A stretch of DNA of 64,000 nucleotides, taken from positions 36,648,401 to 36,712,400 of the forward strand of contig CM120641.1 of NCBI GenBank assembly GCA_051362555.1, written 5' to 3'. Source of the DNA: Lingula anatina. Lineage: Eukaryota > Animalia > Brachiopoda. Positions within the stretch are counted from its first letter, which is position 1, and each line of letters opens with the position of its first letter. The notes beneath the pieces are model-generated. The model saw only the letters and a program-made list of their open reading frames with translations, was not told where the DNA came from and searched no databases. Both the position numbers and the translations under genes were made by a program. Shown in pieces: positions 26,526-38,500 of the stretch.

Positions 26526-29500
26526 CAGAGATAAGAATGAAACTCTATGTGCTGAGAATGTACTCTTAAAAAGCAATATTAAAGTGACACCCAAAGCAAA
26601 GTGAAGTAGTACTGTTGTGTTATGTAGATGTGTAATCTGAGAAAACTTCAGAACCAGGAAAATATCTCTAAAAAATTGTTAGCTTTTTTTTTTCAATGTC
26701 ACACTGGACTTGCTAGTCTACCATTATTTCTGACTCCACTCTATTCAAGTCCTGCAATATCTTGCTTGATTTTACAGTAAGTCGCAAGACTTTGGACTAG
26801 CTTGGTCAATTCCCATTGAAAGAGCCAGACACATATAAATTGTTGTCAATAAAAAAATCAACTAAAGTGAGAATTGAAAAATAACTAGCAGATCATTTAC
26901 ATGTACTGCCTACAACTTTTGCTGCTTAACGTGAAATTACGTAACAGCTTTATTAAAAAAAATTTTTAATGTCCTTTGTCAAATGATACATACTCGCTCA
27001 AATGAGAACCAAGTTCTGTCAAAGCTTTTTCCTGTTCCTCACAAGTTTGTTTCATACTTTCATGCCTCTTCATCAAGTCACTGTATTCCTGCAAGACAAG
27101 TCATTATCTAAGTTTAGATATAATGTTACAATTAGTTTGCTTAAGCACCATCATCAGCAGTATCCATTTAAGATTTTGATGTGGGCAGAAGACTCAGAAG
27201 ATTGCATAATATTGGTCATCCGCCAACACCATCATCAGCAGTATCCATTAAAGTTGTCTGAGTGGGCATTATAGTTATCAGCGTGGGCAAAAGACCCTTC
27301 ATTCAGAATATAGGATAACTTGTTTTTAAAATTCGCCATTTGATTTATGCAGAGGATCATTAATACAATACAAAACAACTGATTGTGTGAAATAGCAAAA
27401 AAACAGACAAATAAGTAACTTTTTACTACCTACCTGTTTTACCTTTCCCATCTGCTGTAAATCAGACTGCAGCTGAGACACCTTCCCCCTCTCCTGTTCC
27501 AGTGTCTTCTGGACCGTGCCCCGCCACTCTCGTTCAATTCTTAGATCTGTTTCCAAGGCAGCCCTGTGTTGTGAAAAATATACAAATGTCTTTATTGAGT
27601 GGAATTTTTCTTTCCGCAAGTCTGTAACAAGGGAGGATGTAGATTTTTCAATACAGTCAGTTGGTATAAGCCCCCCCCCCCCCCCACCCCACTCTACTCC
27701 ATCTGAAATATCTGTTCAACTGTGCCTAACAGAAAATACGTAGTTCATGTTCTTATGAAGTCCAACTCAATACTCCTTGCACTTTTCAAACATGAATTAA
27801 GTAAATATTTTTTCTCTTTGAACAAACCTTACTATAAAGCAATTTCTAATATTTAAGAGCACCCATAGCTCTATGAAGAAAAAAAAGACTTGCTACAAGT
27901 GATGTTTAACTAAATTAAATGAAGAAATTAAATTGAACATCTCAAAGTGTATCTAAAATTGCCAATTAACACAGCAGTGGTGTATTTGGTTATAATAAGT
28001 ATTTAACTGTCTAAATGAGGTTGGTTTTCATATACTGGGAAATATTTCAAAAATTGATAATATTTTTATTAACCCTATTCTATAAACCATTAACTACAAA
28101 CTAGCCAGATTTGGGTAACTTCAACACTATTTATGCAATAAGATCTTTCAAATACAAATTTCCTTTCAAAACTAATTCACTTTCATTAATCACCATTAAT
28201 ACAAACTAGTTTAAGGCATAACTTTCCATTATAGATAAATAAATAAATCTAGTTGTTTATTCTATTTTCACTGTAAACTCAAACTGAGTCCATTTGCATG
28301 CAAAAGTAAAACACAGAACACAGCTTACTACAAAATACACAATAAACAGCTAAATGAACAATATTTTACAGAGCTAACATAAAACACAACACACAAATAA
28401 TCTTCATTTTCCTAAACTAATCTAAGTCTCTTACCGCCTAGAATCTTTCTCTGCAAGCTGCTGACCCAACTTGCGTGCCGTCTCCTCAGCTGCAATTTTG
28501 TCTGATTCACATTGCTTTACTCTGATGAAGGTTACATCATGCAAAAAGAAAAAGAGAAGCAGGGATACATTTAATATTGAACAGATCATTTCAATAATAA
28601 CAATAAATATAGACATTTTAAGATGATGAACAATATTTTATGAGTGCAGCAGCCATGCTGGCATGCAAGGCTCACATCAGTTGTAAAGCAAACAGGCCAC
28701 TGATCCTCTCAACTAATAGTGACATTCATTTTGTCATGAAAACATTTCACTAAGCTGATGGAAATCTCATCTTATCTTGCAAAATTATGACATATTCCTG
28801 CTAATTTTGAGTGGGTACAAAGTTATTAGCTCAAATTAAATCATTCTATGAACTATGTTTGCACACAAAATACAAAAAAAAAATCTAATATTCTGTTTTC
28901 CCTTTTGCTTTCCTCCATTAATACACGCCATTTCTAAATATTTGCTTCAAAGTTAATTAAGTTTAAAACCAAACAGCAGCTCTCTAGATAAAAATTTCAT
29001 GACTAGATTGATTCTCTAAATGCTTTTTATATGTTTTTTAATATCCCACAAAACACAAATACATTGACCCTACACATTCAAATAAATTACAGTTAAAGCA
29101 AACTGCATGAGAAAAGCAATGCTTCACAATACCATCATGTTAATTTTGTATCAAAAGACACATTTAAAAAAGAACTGAACTACAACAATATGGTAGGAAA
29201 CATTTAACAATTACATGGAAATAAGACAAAATTAAAAGAGGCCTTAAAAACAGCCACAGCCTGCCATAAATTCACAATAAATCCATTATTAAAATCCCGT
29301 CCTGGTCATTTTTTTTTTCAACAATTATCAAGATCCAATAGGTTGCTTAGTATGTGAGGCCATGATCTCCTTTTCATTAAATATTGCTTCACAATTAAAT
29401 TTCGGTTGAGCAAGGCAAAAAAAAAAAACAACTAATGTGGCAACTACGCCTTTCATATTTTCTACCTTGCCTCAATTTTAGGACAATATACTAGAAGTAA

Positions 29501-32500
29501 AAAATAAGTAAATAAAAAATTATTTTTAAAATCTCTGTTCTCTCTTTAAAACTAATTTTGTACCTTGCCTCCATGGCCCTCATTGCTTCTTGCATCTGGT
29601 TGGTCTTCTCTTCAAGCTTGGCAACAAGTTCTGTTTTGTGTTTTAGAGAGCCATCACATGCCTAAAGGTTCAAAGAAAATAGGTTTAGACCTTATTCATT
29701 AAGATTGTTTGAGGACATGAAAGTAGTTTTTTTTTTTTTTTTTCTTTTTGCATATAACTATCATCAAAACAAGTTTCTATGCCCTGCTTTAAGCCAGCTT
29801 TGAGTCCTGGTAATTTTTTCATGCCCCCGTTTGCCTGTTCATTCATATGCTATTATTTTAGTCATGTGTTACACACTTCCACTCTTGGAAAAGTATGTTA
29901 TAATTGGGGAATGTAAAAGTATTTTTAGTTTCTTATTTCTAAAGACAGACTGGGCGTGTTTGGCGTTGAAACTGAAATATGTCTCGATCTTTGGAGAGTT
30001 TAATGTTGTGAATTTGTATTTTTTATTTTTATTATTTTTCTTTTGTATAATTTCCTGCGATAACTGCTTAAAAACCAATTGATATGCCCATTTAAGTTAG
30101 CAATCCCCACTTGTGGCTTAGATTGCTATTTTAAGGCTTGAATGTTACCACTAAAATGACCTGTTATTTGTAAAATGTGCATCAGTTAATCGTGCTCGCA
30201 ATTTCCTTTCACATCGTCACGTTCTGAATAATGATTTCCAAACACCTGCATGTAAAGAAAGGGAAAAAGCTAAAAAATTCTCTTATGGAAATTATTTCAC
30301 AGTTGGTATCAGTTAGGTACACAGTTGAGGACCATTCAATCCAGAGTTTTGAAATACAGCAGATAAAACACTAAAATGAACTAACAAACTATCATACTAT
30401 AAATCAAAACTGTTACATCTGCTCATTATCCTACACTGGTAACAGGTACGAAGAGGACCTGACATTTCAGATTTCTTGATTTGTCTTTGATGCATTGTAT
30501 TTATCAAAAATCAGCCAATTTACCATCTATACAGCTTAAACTTCTAATGAAAATTAGAAGTGAAAAATAATCCACATGATTCTATTCTAAAAATGTGGAA
30601 ACATATCTCTGAGGCATAAAAATTCAAACTTTAATTCTGGCTGTTTCGAACATTTAGTTTTATTGCTCATTTTGAAATTGGTTCAAGGTAAGAGGTCAAG
30701 ATGACAGCTGCTGTTCCATGGCATTTATGGCTAAAAAGCAGCAACAACAACAATAACAACAACAGAAAAACAAATTTTCACATTTTTGGTTAAATCTCAT
30801 ATACCTCCATCACATAATAAATTTGGAAGGAATTAATGAGAAATTTTTGACAATATTTATTTTTTTTCAAATTGCCTCAATACAGCATCAGGATTTTAAT
30901 TTATTTTGATGAAGCTTCAAATTGATGGAAACAAAATAATGATATCAAAGTATAAAACTGGCTTGGGCCTACTTAGGGAAACATAGTCTTCAAAACATTT
31001 CGTGTAGTATTTTTGGGTTTTCAGGTCACAAAGGTGATGATTGCACAGTATTAAGAAAATTGTTGTGGACTGTAATTTCATTACAGTATGTATGCTTTCC
31101 TTTTTTACTTTAATAATTTCATTTATTCATTAATTTATCCATTTTTTCTATTTTCTATTTTTTTCATTCCATATCCAAAAAAACTGCCTCTTTAAGATGG
31201 GTGAACAAGAATTTAGACTCAAAACGTTGCTACTTACATCCAAAATAAAAAAGAATATTATCTTTCTAATAAAAATAATATTTTTGTATTTATACATCAC
31301 ATTATCAAGTTCAATTAAACATTCTACAATGCTAGAAGATATCATAAAACTTTTTGTGGAAGTTTTGTACTCTTTGACAACAAACTCAATACTTAGTCTT
31401 CTCTTTTGAAATGGTCCCTAAGCATGTAAATGATAATTGCTGTCAGAATTAAAGTTCATCTTCGCAAAAGTGGGCTCTTCCTAGGCGTCACTTCTTTCAC
31501 CTTGAGGTAAAACTAACCATTTATAAGGAGGCAAAAGGTGGAGGAGCTAAGAATTTATTTGCGAGATAGCAAGAGACAACAGCCCGGATCTCAACAGTTG
31601 CTTCACAACTTGAAGAAGAGTCAAAGCTAAGAAAAGGTAAGTTACAAAAATGATGTAAGCTAAGAGAAATCATCATCCCAGGCATTCAAGGAATTGTTTT
31701 ATGTAAACTTTTCATTTGTGCGTCTTATTTCTTTTGTTTTTTCAACAGTTTCAACTTGTTTCAAACTTGTTTCAGTGAACAAAGAATTTATCCTCTAGTT
31801 GCCAAAACCTTGTCAGTTCAACCAAGTTTATAAAAAACAACTTTTTTGACCAGTTAGACAACAACCGAGTGATAGCTAAACTTTGCTTTCCTATTCATAT
31901 TTACCAGTTTTTTCTTTTTCTATCAGTTTTTTTTAATCTGCTTTTAAAAACAAAAAAATTGCAACTAATGTTGCAAGTTACATTTTTCTTTATCTATTTC
32001 CTATTTATATATTTATTTATTTTATTTATTAATTTACTTATTGTACCAATTGAAATTTCAACAAAAAACATGCTTCATTACAGGAAATTCTTGAATTCCT
32101 AATTTGTTGAATTTTGGGCATTTTTGGCAGAGCAACAACAATAAGATGAAAAAGAAACTGACAAAATGAGAAAATGCATAATTGTTCATTCAGGTTATTT
32201 CTTAATTCCTTTTTTGCGTGTAAATGAGATTAATTTGTTATCCTTGCCATAATTTTTACTAACACTAGAACTAAATTTAGTTCTTTTATGAGGATCCTTA
32301 CAGGCACTAAAGTGTGTTTTTCAGCAGATGTGTTTTTAAAACAATGGCTGATATTTACTACGCACACATGGCATATAAGGATCTTCTCACAAAGTGCCAG
32401 TAAACGTCTGCTGGATAGTACATTAATGTCTGGTCTTAATATTCTGAACAAGGATCCTTTGACTAGGTCAGCCTGACTGCCATTCTAAACTCAGCCAAAA

Positions 32501-35500
32501 AAAAAAAATTTAGACACATTGCTATATTCAACAATTATGAAATAACCATATGAGCTAAGGTAAATATTTATACCAAATATTGATAGATAATTACTTTTTT
32601 ATATACAATGATTATTTTCCTACTACATTACATAGCTTTTTAATTATTAGAAACAATTTGATTTTCTGAACTTTTTGATCAAGTGTATTTAACTATCTTC
32701 AAAAAGTACCATCTACGTCTGAAATGTCTGAAATAATAATAATAATAAGCTGTTTTGAGACAATAAACTGAGATAATGATAACCTATTTTTATAAACAAT
32801 TATTACAGGAAAAAAATTGGAAGTATGAAAATAGTTCCAACTTGATAATAACTATAGTAATATCCATTATAATCAACTGACATCAATTCAAAGAGTCTTT
32901 ATTTGACAAAGAAACTCAGGAGATAAGGAAAAACAAGCTGCTTAATTGACTTAATCAGTGACTTAACCTCCCAGCTAAAAATATATATATATATTTCTCA
33001 AATACAGACTTACTTGTATTGGCAATATAAATGTGATATGAAGCTACTTTTTTAACATATATGGTGCTGGTGGACGCATTTAGTCACTTATTTCTAGATT
33101 TTATTATTTTCTCTTCACTACAAAAAATTTACAGCATAGCATTTATATTCTCCCATAAAAACAGGACATTGGATTTAGCACATACTTATGATTTCCACAC
33201 TTTCCTGATTAGCCTTTTTTTTTTTTTTTTTCGAATTACCATTGGAAGACATTTTCGAAAACATGAAATAATCACTGACTCAATTTCAGCGGTGCTAAAA
33301 CACATCACAGAACTGAAACTATATCAGAATAAGACAAAATCTTCGTTAAACTATCAAGGGTGAGCTAGTTTATCCCTCTCAAAACAGGATAACCTCACTT
33401 ATTTTCACTATTCTTTCATTATCTTGCAGATCACGATGTCTAAGCTGGTTCTGAGCTTGTCTATCATTGGGCTGATTCTGATGCAGGTGGTTTTGTACAC
33501 ATCTGCCCAGATGTACCACTACAGCAAAGGATGGGGACCTTCATCCTCTGGTAAAAGGAACTCCCCAGAAGATCTCTGTCAAGTCAGGCCTTTTATTAGA
33601 AAACTTGTCCATGATGTGATTCAGGTAAGGATTTTATTTGTAATTTCATTTATCTCTCAAATAATCAGCAATTTTAACTGCTGACAAAAATATAGAAGTA
33701 AAGGTTGACCTATCAAGACTATTTACTGGTCATAGACGATTCATTTGCAAAAGAGGGTTCTTACTGTAACAAATGTATCATTGAAAGATGATTATGTACT
33801 GTGAATAAACAACTAAACTCCATGTAAATTGAAGACTATCGTGTACTAAGTCATTCCTTAATTTTCAAACATGATATAATCATATAGATACCTGTCTTCA
33901 AGTTCTCAATTCTGACCAAAAACTCAAAATCATTCCAATTGGATCACTGAGTTTTATTTAACCTCAGTTCTTTAAAATTATTTATTTATTCATTATTTAT
34001 TTATTTATTCATTTTTGTCTGTGGAAGAACAACCATATAAAAGTGACAGAGCATTGTATGAAGTGCCATGATTACTTACAAAATTTTAACAATTTGATCA
34101 TATGGCATTACCCAACACAACATTCTAAAGACCTGCAGATCCACTTGAGTTCTTGACAGAAAGCATTTTTCTGTGGGCAACAGGAACTCTTTAAATATCT
34201 TGAAAAAAAATTAGATGCTGGGATGGCTAAGAATTTTGGAACTTGTTTGTAATTAAAATGTCTCCCTACCATAAGCTATGAAAGTTATTGTGCACCATCA
34301 AAAAACATGAAGAAAAGAAGAACTGATACCTTCATTTGCAAAAAAACATAAATGTGATCAAAGATTATGTGACATGATCGAAATAGACTCTTCACTGAGC
34401 AATACTGGTCATATTTTTGGCATCAAGAAGTATAAAATCATCTTTATTTTGTAGCAGGAATGTTCATGAATACAATACTAGTGAACTTTTCAGGAAAATT
34501 CATAATTACACACTCTCGCTTCTCCACAGTGGTAAACACTAATTACCCTCTTCCATCAGACTTCTGATTACCATCATCAAGTGGAAAGATCACGTTTCCA
34601 CAGGTAATGATGTGAAACCTGTAAGATGTTACCAGTCAAAATGAGTATAAATGGGACAATAATGGCTTTTGTATAACCTCGCTTCCTAATGCATCCTCCG
34701 AACCCTACTGCTCAAAAGGTAATGTTTCTTAAAGCAGGTGCTTCAAATGATGAGGTCTAGTTAACAAGAACATCATCGTAAATATTATGACCCTAAATTA
34801 CATCCTGGTGCACTCATTTTGATGTAAAACTACTGGTCTTGTTATTGTGATGATCTTATAATATGTTCTAATTATCTCTGAGATTGCATGGGATCAAGAC
34901 AACAAAATGCTGAAAATGCTTCATGTTGTTATGGTTAAAAATAAAATATATTTCAGGGTTTGTTTTCTCTTTAAATTTTGCTAATACTTATGTAAAATAT
35001 ATAAACTCATATTCTTGAACTTTTTTCATACAATAAAATTTAAACTAAAGGCCTATTCCCAATGTAACTAACGTTCAACTTTGATTGATCCAACTCTGAA
35101 GGTCCTCTCGATGAATACAATCAGATAACAAGATTAACACACCTCCTGGCATTGAGTAGAATATACAGAAAAGCTGGTGATTATACAAGTACCTTCAAAA
35201 CAAGAGTAAGAGAGTCATTCAGTTTATCTGATTGCATTCTGCAAGTCTCACCACAAAGTTTGATCAATCTACATAGAACGATGGTTACATTGGAAATGGG
35301 CCTTAAATCTGTTTTTAGTTATTTCATACATATGTATAATTTCATATTGAGTTTGAAAGTTACAGTTAACAACACAGTAGAAAAACTGCACAGTTGTATT
35401 TTGTATAAGAACAGACTGAGATTTTACACAAACCAATATTTCTGATCACTTCAGGGTGAGTTTGAAAGGCTAAAGACGGTGTGTGCCCATGGCCAGTGGC

Positions 35501-38500
35501 TAGGAGGTGCTGGAACAACCCAGAGTTTATGGGAACAGGTACAGACACATTTAACATAGTCTACCTACTGAAATATCACCAGTTTTACCTAATATCATCA
35601 AATATGTACCACAGTAATACCATCTTGTTTAAAAACATGCCACGGAATAAGTATGGAAAATTATAGACAATTGCATTTGCATCTTACAGATAGAGCGCAG
35701 ACTTCCCCAAGATGAACCAAGTTTGGAATGAAGATATTTTGCATTGTTTGTGATTTCTGGCAAAAGTCAAGACATGCAAGCAGAAAAATTACAATGAACT
35801 TTTACTGTTCTCATGTAGTAAGACTGCACTACCTTGTTAAAGGCACAAGGGCATTAAAAACTGGAATGGATAACCATTGTATTTCTGTTGTAAAATGGAT
35901 TTTTTTCCAAAAGATCATTCATTTCTATTTCCTTTATACCTGACTTGTGTATTAGTTCACAAAATTATAAGGTGTTCAATTCAGATGTGAAAAATAAAAA
36001 AAAAATGTAAGATCTCTAAAATGTGTTTTTAAAGCATTGTTTCATTTTCTTGGGATAATAATCGGAAGACATTACCGCAATGACGCAGGAGAAAATTAGA
36101 AACAATATAATCTTCAATGCATTTTGTATTATTATAATCATTAAAGAAATTTCCATTCTCAGTTTTCAAGTGCCTACCACATCTCAAATAATTGCATGGG
36201 ATTGTGGTCTACCTAAAACACATAATCAATGCAGTAATGATGGGATAGCAAATATCATTCATAATCAATTCAAATGGTTTCTTTTATAAAATATTTAACT
36301 GCACTGCTCCTTTCCTCAAGAGTTATAACAATATGGTGAATTAGTATTAAGATTAACTCTTCCTTACTAAAAATTCAATTGACACACTTTCAATCTTTGA
36401 TATTATGTACTGTTATTATAACATAAAACAGAACTTCAAATATGTGTCTAATCATGAAGAATCAGTTAATGTGCACTGGTTCATGCTTGCATGAAAAAAT
36501 CTACCTCTTGGGCCTTGACACTATTTAGATTATAATACATTTTGTCCAAACATGCACATATACAGAAACGAGCCTTCCCAATTTTTACCAACTTTACCTC
36601 ACTCTTTTACTAATATCAAACCTCTCAACAACACATTTCTCCCAACTTACGAGCCTACTTACCTGCAGTTTGTTGTACAGCTCCAAATTAATCTGTTTTA
36701 TTTCATCTAACTGCTTTCTCAGAGATACAACGGTGTCCTGCTTCTCATGGACATCTTTCTCCAGCAGTCTCATAGCCATCTCCATCTCTGTTTTCATGCC
36801 TATTTGCAGTTCTAATTCTTTTTCAAGGTCCTATGAATATTACACAAAGTCTAAATATATGTATTTTCAAAGGAGAGTTCTGTCATTAAACTCCTAATAA
36901 ATTGTACCAAATGTGTTTTCAATGCTACAGTTCTGACTACATTGAAACTGTTTCTGTGTATGGATAATGATAATGACTACCACAGAAAATTTTGTCATAA
37001 GAATATCACAGGCAAATTCAATTAATCAAACAGAGAAGTGCAAACACCTCTTTTTCTCACAGTTAACTTCATCTTTTATCATTATAAATTTTATGACAAA
37101 TGAAACAGGTTGATTGTCAATGTCATGCTGCCCTCATTGTCTTCTTAGCATCAAAACCAAGAATACAGTTCAGTTTCACTTTCTCCAATACAACCATGCA
37201 AGTAAGTTAAACCAAGACTTTCAGGTTCCCTAGGATCATTCTCCAACAAAAACAACAACAATATGCATCACAGAAGAAATAAAATGGTAAGAAAAAAACA
37301 GAGCAGTATGCAAATTAAATCAAATACCAACATTACGACATTAAAGATAGGCAGGGTATGGGTACAAACCATTCTCATTTGGATCTCCTCTTCCTCTCTT
37401 TTCTTTGAATCGGCATATAAATGATCCAGACCTTGCCGAGAGGTGATATAGGTCTCCCGCTCTACTGACAAGTCAGCCTGAGCAGACTGGAAAGAAGGGA
37501 CAGGGACACATGCTAACTTTCTCCTCTTTTTAAATTGTCCACAAAATTTTCATCAGATTGCTCTAATGTTTGTCAGTTTTAGAAAGGGACATTTTACCTT
37601 TTTTTTTTCTTGTTTTTGATTTTTTTTTTGTCCTGACCTCAATTTGACACATAAAACTTACAAACAAGCATGCTATACATACATAAAACACATGCATACA
37701 AACAGTGCCAAGCTTAATAAAATTACCCAAAATATTTTTCATGAAATAAAATGTCAAGGTGTTTGGGATTAATGAGCAACTAAAGATAGCTGCACAAGAG
37801 GTTAAATATCTAAAATGATTGCCACCAACCAGAAGTCAAATTTAAGTCTGCAGAGAAATATAATCTTGACTGGCACAATCCCGCATTTTTACACAGATTT
37901 TTTTTAAATTTTTATCAAATTTAAAATCCATAGTAAATCAGGTAGCCAATTCTTTGAAATATTTAAAAAGAACATACAATCTCGCTATTTCAAGCAAAAA
38001 CAATGTGTAAGTACAGTATGAATTGCATGGACTGTAACAAAGACAACCGGTGAGGTTAACTGAAAACACATGATTACATATAACAAATCAAATCAGGTTT
38101 GAATTGTAAACAATGCAGACAAACAATGGAACAATGGAATTTTATCAATGAAATGACTGGTTGCATTTTACCTGCTTTCTATGTTTCCCCTTAGACATGA
38201 AATGAAATGTTAACACTTATAATCCAACTTTCTAATGAACATAACAGATATTTCTTGTTATAGAAAAATCATATTGAAGAAGAAAAATATTTAGGTCTGA
38301 AAATTGCACACTATAATAACATACATCTAATAATTCCTATTTGATTTACTTTTCTTTGATATGAATACAGTAAAATGCTCAAATTTCAGAACATACCTCC
38401 ATTTTCCTTTGATAACTTGTCTCCAGGCCTTCTTTTTCTTGTCGTAACTGACTGTTCTCTTCCTGGAGGGCCAAGATATTATTTTTAGATATTGCAAGAT

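Noticed and set aside
27145-27300. Short repeated units caccatcatcagcagtatccatt...gtgggca, superficially CRISPR-like
   Set aside because: Eukaryotic intron with only 2-3 degenerate copies; an ordinary local duplication.
35481-35666. ORF-track protein MCPWPVARR...
   Set aside because: Wrong frame. The better-supported exon is 35455-35538 ([10 protein letters not shown]...), bounded by splice sites.
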